64,000 bases of DNA from Chloroflexota bacterium (lineage in GTDB: Bacteria; Chloroflexota; Anaerolineae; DUEN01). The notes under the pieces are model-generated. The model saw only the letters and a list, made by a program, of their open reading frames with translations. It was not told the DNA's origin and searched no databases. Location: positions 18,672 through 82,671 of the forward strand of contig JAADGJ010000062.1 of assembly GCA_013152435.1 (NCBI GenBank). Reading direction: 5' to 3'. Shown here in pieces: positions 47,728 through 57,392 of the stretch (the stretch's first letter is position 1; each line of letters begins with the position of its first letter). A program made the translations under genes and the position numbers.

Positions 47728-49959
47728 GTGGTACAGACAGAGTCCACGGCTCAACAATCGGATAAAGCGTCCGTTCGCCTGCGTGATACCGTCTGGTGGC
47801 GGCGGATTCAGGCGATCTTTTGGGGGGTGGTCTTCACCGCCGGTGCCTCGCTGACCCTCGCCTTTCCGATCCCGCTGAATGGACAGGTCGCGCTCTCCGT
47901 CGGGGATGTGAGTCCCACGGATATCCGATCGCCTCGCCAGATCACGTACGAGAGCGAGGTGCTGACGGAGCAGGCGCGCGAGCGCGCCGCTGCGGCCGTG
48001 CCTGATGTGTACGATCCCCCCGAGGCGCGCGTGCGGCGCGAGCAACTCGCCCGCGCGCGGGAGGTCCTGGACTTCATCGACAGCGTGCGCCATGATGAGT
48101 ACGCCAGCACGGAGCAGCGGGTCGCATGGATCAACGCGATCCCGGACATCTCCCTGTCACGTTCTACCATTGAGCTGCTGTTGGCGTTGGATGAGGACTC
48201 TTGGCGTCGCGTCGCCAACGAGGTTCAGACGGTCCTGGACCGGATCATGCGGGAGGAGATCCGCGAGAACCAGTTGGAGCTGTATCAGCGGCGGGTGCCC
48301 GGCCTGGTCAGCCTGGACCTCACCGATGAGGAGGCCGCGGTCACCATCGAGCTGGTGCAGACCCTGATGCGCCCGAACAGCTTCTTCAACGCCGAACGCA
48401 CGCAGGCCGAGCGGGAGGCCGCGCGCAATCGGGTGCCTCCCCAGACCCGCACTCTGGAGGCCGGGGAGATCATCCTGCGGGCCGGGGACGTCGTGGGCCC
48501 CGAGCACATCGAGGCGTTGGAGGCGCTGGGCCTGCGTCAATCCCATACCTCGCGCCGGGATCTCCTGCAGGCCGTCCTCTTCGTCTTGCTCATCGCCTCC
48601 GTGTTGGGCGTCTACCTGTATCGGCTGGCCCCGTCCTTCTGGACGGAGCGGCGGTGGCCTCCCTTGCTGGCCACCTTGATGCTCAGCTTCATCGTCCTGG
48701 CCCGCGTGATGATCGCCAAGGACTCCCTGCTCTCCTATTTCTTCCCCATGGCCGCCATGGCCATGTTGCTGAGCGCCCTGTTGGATCTGCGGGTCTCCAT
48801 CCTGGCGACGATCAGCCTGGCGCTCATCGTCGCCTATTTGACCTCCGGCTCTCCGGATTTGGTCACCTATTTGCTGACGGGCAGCCTTGTGGGGGCGTTC
48901 ATCCTGGGCCGTGGAGAGCGGCTTAGCACCTTCGTGTGGGCCGGCGTCTCCGTCGCCCTCACGAACCTCGCCGTGTTGTTGGTCTTCCGGCTGCCGACGG
49001 AGCCGCTGGACGCGACCACCCTGACGTCGTTGGTCGGCACGTCCATGGCCAACGGCGGGCTCTCCGCCAGCATCACGCTCATCAGCCTGTTCCTCCTCGG
49101 CTCCGTCTTTGGCATCGTCACCTCTTTGCAGCTCATGGAGCTCTCCCGCCCGACCCATCCCCTGTTGCGGCAGCTATTGCTCAAGGCGCCCGGCACATAT
49201 CATCACACGATCCTGGTCAGCAATCTGGGCGAGCGGGCCGCAGAGGCGGTGGGGGCGGATCCTCTGCTCACCCGGGTGGGCGCCTACTATCATGACATCG
49301 GCAAGACGCTGCGCCCCTACTTCTTCGTCGAGAACCTGGCGGATGGCGCCAACCCGCACGATCGTCTGGATCCATACACCAGTGCCCAGATCATCATCAG
49401 CCACGTCAAGGACGGGCTGGAGATCGCGCGCAAGTATCATCTGCCGCCGCGAATTCAGGATTTCATCCCGGAGCATCATGGCACCACGTTGGTGAGCTAC
49501 TTCTATCACCGGGCGCAGGAGCGGGCGGGCGAGGGCGAGACGGTGGACGAGGCGGCCTTCCGGTATCCCGGCCCGCGGCCGCGCAGCAAGGAGACGGCCA
49601 TTGTCATGTTGGCGGACTCGTGTGAGTCCGCCGTACGGGCCACCCGGCCCGACTCGCGCGAGGAGCTGGATCAGATCGTGGCCAGGCTCATCCGCAAGCG
49701 CCTGCTTGACGGCGAGCTGGACGAGTGCGATCTGACGTTGCGGGACCTGGATCGCATCCGGCAGGCCTTCGTGCGCACGTTGCAGGGCCTTCACCACCCG
49801 CGCATCCAGTACCCCGAGCCGACGCAGCCCGCCGAGCAGCCCGCGGAGCCGGCCGTCGAAGGCGTCGCTCAGGGGGAGGAGGTCGCCTCGGCGACGGAGC
49901 GGCGGGCATCACCGATCCCCCCCGATGGAAACAGGAGTCCGGGCAATGGCGTGGGATGA
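47728..49959 (+). CDS. 7TM-receptor HD-domain phosphohydrolase (7TMR-HDED + 7TM + HDIG; PgpH-like)
   Basis: Has an N-terminal TM helix plus an extracellular domain, seven TM helices (residues ~270-470), and an HD domain with HHTILVSNL...YYHDIGKT (HDIG). Confidence 0.8.
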   Translation: MVQTESTAQQSDKASVRLRDTVWWRRIQAIFWGVVFTAGASLTLAFPIPLNGQVALSVGDVSPTDIRSPRQITYESEVLTEQARERAAAAVPDVYDPPEARVRREQLARAREVLDFIDSVRHDEYASTEQRVAWINAIPDISLSRSTIELLLALDEDSWRRVANEVQTVLDRIMREEIRENQLELYQRRVPGLVSLDLTDEEAAVTIELVQTLMRPNSFFNAERTQAEREAARNRVPPQTRTLEAGEIILRAGDVVGPEHIEALEALGLRQSHTSRRDLLQAVLFVLLIASVLGVYLYRLAPSFWTERRWPPLLATLMLSFIVLARVMIAKDSLLSYFFPMAAMAMLLSALLDLRVSILATISLALIVAYLTSGSPDLVTYLLTGSLVGAFILGRGERLSTFVWAGVSVALTNLAVLLVFRLPTEPLDATTLTSLVGTSMANGGLSASITLISLFLLGSVFGIVTSLQLMELSRPTHPLLRQLLLKAPGTYHHTILVSNLGERAAEAVGADPLLTRVGAYYHDIGKTLRPYFFVENLADGANPHDRLDPYTSAQIIISHVKDGLEIARKYHLPPRIQDFIPEHHGTTLVSYFYHRAQERAGEGETVDEAAFRYPGPRPRSKETAIVMLADSCESAVRATRPDSREELDQIVARLIRKRLLDGELDECDLTLRDLDRIRQAFVRTLQGLHHPRIQYPEPTQPAEQPAEPAVEGVAQGEEVASATERRASPIPPDGNRSPGNGVG

Positions 49960-50431
49960 GCCTACGGAGACGTCGGAGAACGTGGAAGTCCAAAGCGACT
50001 TCCAGATAGATGTCGCCGTTGACGAGGAGGATCTGAAACGTGCTGCCCAGGCGGCGCTGACGGCCGAGGGGTACCCGGACGGCGAGATCACCATCGTGCT
50101 CACCGATGATGCTCGCGTGCGGTGGCTCAATCGGACGTATGCGGGCGTGGACGCTCCCACCGACGTGCTGGCCTTTGGCGCGCAAGAGGGGGATCCCTCC
50201 TTCGTCGTCCCACCGGAGGCCGGCCATTACCTGGGCGATATCGTGATCTCGGTGCCGTTTGCGGCGCGTCAGGCTGCCGAGCAGGGGAACTCGCTGGCAG
50301 CCGAGCTTCGTCTCCTGGTCGTCCACGGGACGCTGCATCTTCTGGGATACGACCATTTGACGGAGGAGGAACGGAGGGAGATGTGGCGGCGCCAGGAGTC
50401 CATACTCAACGCGTTACCTCCGATATCATGA
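49925..50431 (+). CDS. ybeY: rRNA maturation RNase YbeY
   Basis: Has the HGTLHLLGYDH metal-binding motif. The stop overlaps the dgkA start (ATGA). The start may be the second Met (MAWDEPT). Confidence 0.85.
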   Translation: METGVRAMAWDEPTETSENVEVQSDFQIDVAVDEEDLKRAAQAALTAEGYPDGEITIVLTDDARVRWLNRTYAGVDAPTDVLAFGAQEGDPSFVVPPEAGHYLGDIVISVPFAARQAAEQGNSLAAELRLLVVHGTLHLLGYDHLTEEERREMWRRQESILNALPPIS

Positions 50432-50796
50432 GCGATTTGAACCGTTGGCAGAGCTTCCGCTGCGCGCTGTCCGGCGTGGTCCACGTGCTGCGCACGCAGC
50501 GGAACGCTCAAATCGAGATCATCATCGCGGCGATGGTGATCGCTGCCGGGCTGTGGCTGCGGGTGTCTCGGCTGGAGTGGATCCTGTTGGTAGTCGCCAT
50601 TGGCATCGTCCTCTCGGCGGAGATGATGAACACCGCCGTGGAACACGCGGTGGATGTCGCCATCCGTGATCCGGATCCGCTGGCTCGGGTCGCGAAAGAT
50701 GCCGCCGCCGCGAGCGTCCTCGTCGCCATCGCCATCTCCGTCGTGATCGGTCTCCTCATCTTTGGCCCTCGTTTGCTATCTGTGGTGCCGTTCTGA
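50428..50796 (+). CDS. dgkA: Diacylglycerol kinase / undecaprenol kinase family protein
   Basis: 122 aa, 3 TM helices, with the conserved SAEMMNTAVEHAVD block. The ATG is at 50428. Confidence 0.8.
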   Translation: MSDLNRWQSFRCALSGVVHVLRTQRNAQIEIIIAAMVIAAGLWLRVSRLEWILLVVAIGIVLSAEMMNTAVEHAVDVAIRDPDPLARVAKDAAAASVLVAIAISVVIGLLIFGPRLLSVVPF

Positions 50797-50861
50797 ACCC
50801 TGAATTGGGAGATCGCACCGCGCGTGGCCGTCATGCAAGAGCCTATATCCCTGGAGGACCC

Positions 50862-51791
50862 ATGACGATCCCGATCATCCTGGATACCGACATCGGATCA
50901 GATGTGGACGACGCGCTGGCTCTGGCGCTCTTGTTGAGCCACCCCGACGTCGAGCTGGTGGGCGTGTCCACCGTCTATGGAGACGTCGCCTGCCGGGCAC
51001 GCATCGCCCAGAAGTTGCTGCGGCTGGCTGGCCGTCCGGATGTCCCCGTCTTTCCCGGCGCGGGACAGCCTCTCTCCCTGGATCGCTCCGTCTGGTGGGG
51101 TGGCCACGAGGGCGAAGGGATCCTGGAGGGGGACGAGTGGCATGAGCCGGTTCGCGGGACCCACGCGGTGGATTGGCTGGTGGATACGATCATGGCCCGG
51201 CCGGGGGAGATCACGCTGGTCATCATCGGCCCGATGACGAATATCGCCCTGGCGTTGCGTCGCGAGCCACGGCTGGCTCGGGCGGTGAAGGCCGTGGTCA
51301 GCATGGGGGGCGTCGCTCGCGTCGCGAGCAACGCGTTGGACCTGCCCGTGGCCGAGCACAACATCCGCTGTGATCCTGTGGCCGCCCGCATCGTGTTCGA
51401 GGCGGGATGGGTGGTGACCATGATCGGGCTGGATGTGACCATGCAGGCCATGATCACGCGGGAGGACATGCGGCGGGTGACGGCGGCGGGAACACCGTTC
51501 CACGCCGCGTTGGGGCGGCTGGTCGATCGCTGGCTCCGATTCGTCGGCCGCGATCGGACGGCCCTGCACGATCCGCTGGCGGCCGCGACCGCTATGGGGA
51601 TGCCATTCGTCACCTGCCAGGACCTGCGCGTGGATGTGGAGACGGAAGGGCGGATCACGGACGGCGCGACGGTTGTGCGACGCGCGTCGGCACAAGCGCC
51701 CGCTAACGCCCGGGTCGCGCTGGCTGTGGAGGCGGACGCCTTCGTGCGCTATTACGTGGAGCAGGTCAGCGGCTTTCGTCCGGATGCGTGA
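50862..51791 (+). CDS. Nucleoside hydrolase (IU-NH family)
   Basis: The N-terminal DTDIGSDVDDALAL aspartate cluster is diagnostic. The ATG at 50862 sits behind GGAGGA. Confidence 0.85.
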   Translation: MTIPIILDTDIGSDVDDALALALLLSHPDVELVGVSTVYGDVACRARIAQKLLRLAGRPDVPVFPGAGQPLSLDRSVWWGGHEGEGILEGDEWHEPVRGTHAVDWLVDTIMARPGEITLVIIGPMTNIALALRREPRLARAVKAVVSMGGVARVASNALDLPVAEHNIRCDPVAARIVFEAGWVVTMIGLDVTMQAMITREDMRRVTAAGTPFHAALGRLVDRWLRFVGRDRTALHDPLAAATAMGMPFVTCQDLRVDVETEGRITDGATVVRRASAQAPANARVALAVEADAFVRYYVEQVSGFRPDA

Positions 51792-52524
51792 TCTTGGGCT
51801 CCTCGCCCGAGGGAGAGGGACGGGTGATCTCCCAGAGCGCCACCAGGGCCGCGATGAGCCCCAGCACCTGGAAGCCTCGATAGCCGCCTTCCCAGATCCA
51901 CGGCTCCGCCCGGAACGGCTCAAAAGCCAGCCGGGTTAACCCATAGCCCAGCACCAGCGCCCAGGCCATCCAGCCTGGGCGTGCCCGTTCTCGTCGCCAC
52001 CACAGTATGGCCAGGACCCCTAGCAACGCCAGCGCCTCGTAGAGCTGTACCGGATGTCGGCGCGCATCCCATAGGGGGATGGCCCACGGCACGTCGGAAG
52101 GGGTCCCGAAGGCTTCCCCGCTGAGGAAGTTACTCAGGCTGAGAAGTACCAGGGCTAATGCTGCGCCGGGAGCGATCCCGTCCAGCACCTCCACCCGGAT
52201 CAATTGAGCTCGGGCGAGGTACGCAAGGGCGGCCACCAGCCCCACGACCAGAGCCGAATAGAAGGAGATGGTCCCCGGCGTCAGCGATAGGATCGCTCCC
52301 AGGTCCTCTCGATAGGCGGACCAGTGCTGGATGACATAGGCCAGCCGTCCGCCGATCAGGCCGGCTGCCAGCCCCAGGAACCCTGCGCTCCAGAGGGTCT
52401 CCCCATCGAAGCCGCGCCGGGTGACCTCCCGGCTGGCCAGCCATAGGCCGGCGTAGAAGGTGATCAACAGCATCAGCGGCTGGGTGGGGAGCGCCACCCG
52501 GCCGACCTGGATGACAGGTAACAT
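51766..52524 (-). CDS. lgt: Prolipoprotein diacylglyceryl transferase
   Basis: Seven-TM protein with the Lgt signature region (AIPLWDARRHPVQLYEALALLG). It lies directly downstream of the tlpA-like gene. Confidence 0.85.
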   Translation of the reverse strand: MLPVIQVGRVALPTQPLMLLITFYAGLWLASREVTRRGFDGETLWSAGFLGLAAGLIGGRLAYVIQHWSAYREDLGAILSLTPGTISFYSALVVGLVAALAYLARAQLIRVEVLDGIAPGAALALVLLSLSNFLSGEAFGTPSDVPWAIPLWDARRHPVQLYEALALLGVLAILWWRRERARPGWMAWALVLGYGLTRLAFEPFRAEPWIWEGGYRGFQVLGLIAALVALWEITRPSPSGEEPKITHPDESR

Positions 52525-52533
52525 GCGGTCTCC

Positions 52534-53094
52534 TTATCTCCCCAACAGGGCGTCGACCTTGCTCCGGAGCAACGCCTCGCTCATGGGGCCCCCGATGACC
52601 ATATCCCGGATCACTCCCCGCGCGTCGATGAAGTAGGTCGTGGGGTACGCTCGCACCCGGTACAGGCGCCCTACCTCGCCGCGGGTGTCCAGCACGATGG
52701 GGAACGTCAGGTTGTACTCTTCCAGGAAGCGCTGCACCTGGGGGCGAGCTTCCATCTGATTGACCCCCAGAACGACCACGCCGTCCTCGCGGTGATCGCG
52801 ATAGATCTTCTCCAGCGCGGGCATCTCCTCCTTGCAAGGGGGACACCAGGTGGCCCAGAAGTTCAGGATCACGGCCTTCCCTTGCAGGTCACGGAGGGAC
52901 ATGGGCTGTCCGTCCATCCCCTCCAGCGTGAAATCCGGGGCCAGGAATCCCACTCTGGCCCCGCGGCCGAGAGGGGTCTCGGCCGATTGTACCCGATTCG
53001 TCTGGATCCACAGCAGCCCGATCAGGGCCACCAGGGCGAGGAGAATCCATCTCGCCTGGGAGCGAATCGAGGCGCTTGTCTCCGTCGTTTGCAT
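52534..53094 (-). CDS. TlpA/ResA-family thiol-disulfide oxidoreductase (membrane-anchored thioredoxin)
   Basis: Real start is the ATG at 53094 (MQTTETS..., behind GGAGGAG), followed by a TM anchor LLALVALIGLLWI and a thioredoxin fold with WATWCPPC. Confidence 0.8.
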   Translation of the reverse strand: MQTTETSASIRSQARWILLALVALIGLLWIQTNRVQSAETPLGRGARVGFLAPDFTLEGMDGQPMSLRDLQGKAVILNFWATWCPPCKEEMPALEKIYRDHREDGVVVLGVNQMEARPQVQRFLEEYNLTFPIVLDTRGEVGRLYRVRAYPTTYFIDARGVIRDMVIGGPMSEALLRSKVDALLGR

Positions 53095-53108
53095 GGTAAA
53101 ACTCCTCC

Positions 53109-53330
53109 GAGCGTGTCTGGGAGATCCCGTTGTTCCTGCCACGGGGAGCTCCTCCGGAAGAAGCCTTTCTTTCACCTTTGACCTGCCCCTCCTCGGCCTG
53201 GATCCCTGCAGAAAGGGCTGAGAAGGGCCAGTGCAGGCCGGAAAGGTGGGATTTCCGTGGAGGGAAGAACCCCTTCCCACCTCCCTGTGGGGCTGGCAGC
53301 TGGGAGAGCCCTTCAGACACGCTCTCAGAA
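53109..53330 (-). promoter_or_regulatory. Structured 5'-leader element of tlpA; copy 2 of the TCAGACACGCTCTCAGA-type motif, with a long-range stem abutting the SD
   Basis: On the minus-strand RNA, the 5' arm GAGCGUGUCUG (53324-53314) pairs with the 3' arm CAGACACGCUC (53119-53109), a perfect 11 bp. It encloses ~190 nt containing the GGGAGGUGGGAAGGGG...UCCCUCCAC...UCCCACCU alternative hairpins. The 3' arm is followed directly by the SD GGAGGAG and the ATG. Confidence 0.35.
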
Positions 53331-53469
53331 AGGGTTACGTAGTCATACCGTCCGGCCACGAGACCGCTTGGGCCAGGGGATGAGGTATGATATAATGGAT
53401 TTGGCCGATGGGTGTCTGGGCGTTAGGCCAAGGTAGCCGGCCTCGATCTGGCCAATTCATCGCAGGGAG

Positions 53470-54120
53470 ATGCCCGTGCCCTTTTCTGGAATGACCTTGC
53501 CGCTGTTGCTCTCGCGGCTTGTGATTTTGGTGATCGCGTTGAGTTTTCATGAGTTAGCACACGCCTGGGTGGCGGTCCGGCTGGGCGATCCCACCCCGCG
53601 ACGGGATGGTCGTCTCACGCTCAATCCACTGGCCCATCTGGATGTATTGGGCTCCTTGATGTTCGTCGTCGCGGGGTTCGGCTGGGCCAAACCGGTGCGT
53701 TGGAGCCCCTGGAATATCCGTATCGATCAGCGGTGGGGGAGGCTTCTGGTGGCGGCTGCCGGCCCACTGTCCAACCTGCTCTTGGCGTTTCTGGCCGCCT
53801 GGGCGATACGGATCTCTGGTGCATCGTTATGGGGGCTCCAGGGGGGGATCTGGGCTATTCTACCCAGCCCGGGGCTCTTTTTTCAGGAATTTATCTTCCT
53901 GAACGTCGTCCTGTGTTTCTTTAACCTGTTGCCGATCGCCCCGCTGGATGGTTTTGAGGTCGCAACGGGGCTGTTGCCGCCCAATCTGGCTTACTACTTC
54001 CGAAGGTTGGCCCCTTATGGCCCTTTCATCCTGTTGGTTTTGATCATCCTGCCGATCAATCTGCTGGGGCTGATCCTGGGGCCGCCGGTGACGGCGACCG
54101 TGCGGTTGTTGTTGGGATAG
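53470..54120 (+). CDS. M50-family (site-2 protease-like) membrane metalloprotease
   Basis: Has HELAHAW (HExxH) in the first TM region and a downstream LDG motif (NLLPIAPLDGF). It is multi-TM. Confidence 0.75.
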   Translation: MPVPFSGMTLPLLLSRLVILVIALSFHELAHAWVAVRLGDPTPRRDGRLTLNPLAHLDVLGSLMFVVAGFGWAKPVRWSPWNIRIDQRWGRLLVAAAGPLSNLLLAFLAAWAIRISGASLWGLQGGIWAILPSPGLFFQEFIFLNVVLCFFNLLPIAPLDGFEVATGLLPPNLAYYFRRLAPYGPFILLVLIILPINLLGLILGPPVTATVRLLLG

Positions 54121-54245
54121 GCGTCGGGCGGTGGATTTTCAGAAGCGCTCTCGCGCCTTCGCGTGGTGCATCAAGGCGGGAGAGGATTTTCTTGGGGAGA
54201 GAAACGTGCGGGGCGTCCTGAAGCGCCCGCTGATCGAGAGGGGAT

Positions 54246-55220
54246 ATGGCTAAGGCAAAGATCACGATTGTAGGCCTGGGGCTCGTGGGGAGCTCTTTGG
54301 GCATGGCGTTGTGCAGCGGGAATCGTGAGTTTGAAGTGGTCGGGCACGATCGGGAACCCAAGGTCGCGGCCGCGGCCAAAAAGGCCGGAGCGGTGGATCG
54401 TACGGATTGGAACCTGCTTCGGGCTTGCGAGGAGGCGGACCTGGTGATCCTGGCTCTGCCGATGACGGCGATCCGCGATACGCTGGAGGCGATCGCGGAT
54501 ACGTTGAAGCCCGGCTGCGTGGTCACGGATACGGCCAGCATCAAGGTTCCCGTGCTTCAATGGGCCGAGGAGCTCCTTCCCCAAAATGTGCATTTCATCG
54601 GCGGAGATCCGATCGTGGGGGCTCCGGAGGAGGCCACGGGCGTTGAGGCCGCCTCGGCGGAGCTGTTGCATGAGGCGATCTATTGTCTGTGCCCCACATC
54701 TACGGCGGCTCCCGAGGCCGTGCAAGTCGCCGCCGACCTGGTCAGCCGGGTGGGTGCGCAGCCGCTGTTCCTGGACGCCGTCGAACATGACGGCCTCACC
54801 GCCGGTGTAGACCATCTGCCGTCCATCGTGGCGGCCGCGTTGTTGGAGATCACGGCATTGACCTCCCCATGGCGGGAGATGCGCAAGCTGGCGGGGGGGC
54901 AGTATCGGTCCGTGACGCATCTGACCTCCGACGATCCATCCGCCTACCGGGCGATGATGCTGGCCAATCGGGAGAACATCATCCATTGGATCGATGCGTT
55001 GATCGACAACCTGCAACAGTGGCGTCAGCGGATGGCGGATGATGAGGGGGAGACGTTGGAGGCGACGTTCCAGCAGGTGCTGGAGGCGCGCGATAAGTGG
55101 CTGCGGCAGAAGGCATCCGGTCGGTGGGAGGACCGGGAACCTGTGGATGTCGGCGGTATGGGGAGCTATTGGCGTGGCCTGTTCGGCTTCGGTGGACGCT
55201 CCCGTAAGCAAGAGGGATAG
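54246..55220 (+). CDS. tyrA: Prephenate/arogenate dehydrogenase
   Basis: Has an N-terminal Rossmann fold (ITIVGLGLVGSSLGMAL) and a TyrA-like catalytic region with the conserved His/Ser positions (SIKVPV...IGGDPIVG). Confidence 0.8.
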   Translation: MAKAKITIVGLGLVGSSLGMALCSGNREFEVVGHDREPKVAAAAKKAGAVDRTDWNLLRACEEADLVILALPMTAIRDTLEAIADTLKPGCVVTDTASIKVPVLQWAEELLPQNVHFIGGDPIVGAPEEATGVEAASAELLHEAIYCLCPTSTAAPEAVQVAADLVSRVGAQPLFLDAVEHDGLTAGVDHLPSIVAAALLEITALTSPWREMRKLAGGQYRSVTHLTSDDPSAYRAMMLANRENIIHWIDALIDNLQQWRQRMADDEGETLEATFQQVLEARDKWLRQKASGRWEDREPVDVGGMGSYWRGLFGFGGRSRKQEG

Positions 55221-55255
55221 GCTTTCAAGCCCCCTCGTGATGGAGGGGTCGGATC

Positions 55256-56011
55256 GTGCAGAGCACGACGTCAACGACGCGATCGGATGAGGGCGCTCAG
55301 CGGCAGACGGTGCGGAGCCTGTCTGTGTGCATGCCCGCTTATAACGAGGAGGCGAATCTCCCCGGCATGATCGCGGATGTGGTGAGGATCATGCGGGAGC
55401 GCTGCGATGATCTGGAGGTCGTCGTCACCAACGATGGCAGCACGGATCGGACCGGCGAGGTGTTGGAGGAACTCGCTCGCCAGTATCCGGAGTTGAAGCC
55501 GGTCCATCACGAGGTGAACCAGGGATACGGGGCGGCTGCCTATACGGCCATCAGTCACGCCACCAAGGAGATCATCCTTTTCACCGATTCCGATCGCCAG
55601 TTCGTGTTGGAAGAGATCGATCGCTTGTTGCCCCATTTGAACGAGGCGGACATGGTTGTGGGCTATCGTGCCCCCCGACGCGATCCGTTCCTGCGTGTGT
55701 TGTTTGGCCACGGGTGGAGCGCCCTAGTCACGCTGTTGTTCGGCTATACGGCGCGCGACATCGACTGCGCCTTCAAGCTGTTCCGGCGTGACGTGTTCGC
55801 GGCGGTCGGGCCGAGCATCCGATCTCGTGGGGCGACTTTCAGCGCGGAGTGGCTGGTGCGCACGAAGCGGGCGGGGTATCGCATCGTCGAGGTGCCCGTC
55901 AGCCATCTCCCCAGGCAAGCCGGGTCGCCAACCGGCGCGCGGTGGGATGTCATCTCCCGGGCATTTCGTGAACTCTGGCAATTCCGAATGCAACTCTGGC
56001 GGGAAGGTTAA
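55256..56011 (+). CDS. GT2-family polyprenyl-phosphate sugar synthase (Dpm1/GtrB-like)
   Basis: LSVCMPAYNEEANL...VVVTNDGSTDRT...NQGYGAA plus DxD (DSD) in FTDSDRQ. It is 251 aa with no TM anchor. Confidence 0.85.
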   Translation: MQSTTSTTRSDEGAQRQTVRSLSVCMPAYNEEANLPGMIADVVRIMRERCDDLEVVVTNDGSTDRTGEVLEELARQYPELKPVHHEVNQGYGAAAYTAISHATKEIILFTDSDRQFVLEEIDRLLPHLNEADMVVGYRAPRRDPFLRVLFGHGWSALVTLLFGYTARDIDCAFKLFRRDVFAAVGPSIRSRGATFSAEWLVRTKRAGYRIVEVPVSHLPRQAGSPTGARWDVISRAFRELWQFRMQLWREG

Positions 56012-57230
56012 ATCCCTGCGCATCCTGTTCATCGCACCTACTGGCTTCTTCGCGGACTACGGGTGCCACGTGCGTATTCGCGGCCATGCGGAGGCCCTCC
56101 AGCGGCGTGGCCACCGGGTCCGAATCGTCACATATCCGGCGGGGCGAGATGTGCCTGACCTGCGGATCACACGCCCGCCTATCCTCAGTCGTCATCGGCA
56201 GATGCCGGTGGGCTCCTCCTGGCGCAAGATCCTCCTGGATGCCATCCTGTTCCCGGTCGTCTTGAGCGCGGCCTGGCGGTTTCGCCCCCACGTGGTCCAT
56301 GCTTTTCTGCACGAAGGGGCGCTTCTGGGGCTGTTCCCCGCCCGCCTGGCTCGGGTCCCCCTGGTCTTCGACTTTCAGGGCAGCCTCACCAGCGAGATGC
56401 TCGATCACGGCTTTCTCTCCAGGCGCTCGCTCCTGGTCGGCGCATGGCGCCGCCTGGAGCGCTGGATCGATCATCGGCCCGACCTGATCCTGGCCAGCTC
56501 CCGACATGCGGTGGATCTCCTGTCCGCCCAGTTCGGGGTGGCGCGCCGCCGCGTGCGCGCCGTGCCGGACAGCGTGGACCCCCGCCAGTTCCACCCGGCC
56601 ACGGTCGAGGATGTCTCCCGGTTGGAAGCCCTGCGCGCTCGCTGGCATCTCCCCGCCGATCGGCCATTGGTGGTCTATCTGGGTCTGCTGGCTCCCTATC
56701 AGGGCATCGATCTGCTGTTGGAGGCCGCGCGCATCCTGCTCCAGATGGGGGATTCGTCTCCTGATGCTCGCGCGCATTTCCTGATCATGGGATTCCCTCA
56801 CGTGGATCGTTATCGCCGGCAGGCCCGGGCGTTGGGGATTGAAGAGCACGTCACGTTCACGGGGCAGATTCCGTTCGAGGACGCCCCGGCCTGTCTGCGG
56901 CTGGGCACCCTCGCGGTGGCCACCAAGCTCTCCGAGACGGAGGGGAGTGGGAAGATCCTGACGTATATGGCGACGGGGTTGCCGGTGGTCGCCTTTGACA
57001 CCCCGGTGCATCGGGAGTATCTGGGTGAGTGGGGGATTTATGCCCGTCCGGGGGATCCCGCCGAGCTTGCCGAGGGGATCCGGTCCCTGCTGGCTTCCCC
57101 GGCGCGAGCGCGCCGCCTTGGGACGATGCTGCGCGAGCGCGCCGTGCGCTCGTTCAGTTGGGATGTGGCCGCGCGGCAAATACTGGATGCCTACACGGAG
57201 GTTTGCGGCGCCCCTGGGGACGTGCTATAA
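55966..57230 (+). CDS. GT4-family glycosyltransferase
   Basis: Has the N-terminal LRILFIAPTGFFADYGCHVRIRG and the C-terminal EG...GK retaining-GT4 motif region (ETEGSGKILTYMATGLPVVAF). The start is uncertain (a GTG ~55966 overlaps the GT2 end). Confidence 0.7.
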
Positions 57231-57392
57231 TGCTTCCCGTAAGTCAAGGCCGGCGGATCGCATGATCCGCCTTTCTGCATGTTCGGGCGATGAGCGGGTC
57301 ATCCCCCGCCCTGTGGGATCGCAGACCGCCGGCGTGGGTGCAGGCGTGGCTCGGACCTGCATCATGAAGGGTGCCATTCACGAAGGTCGCTC

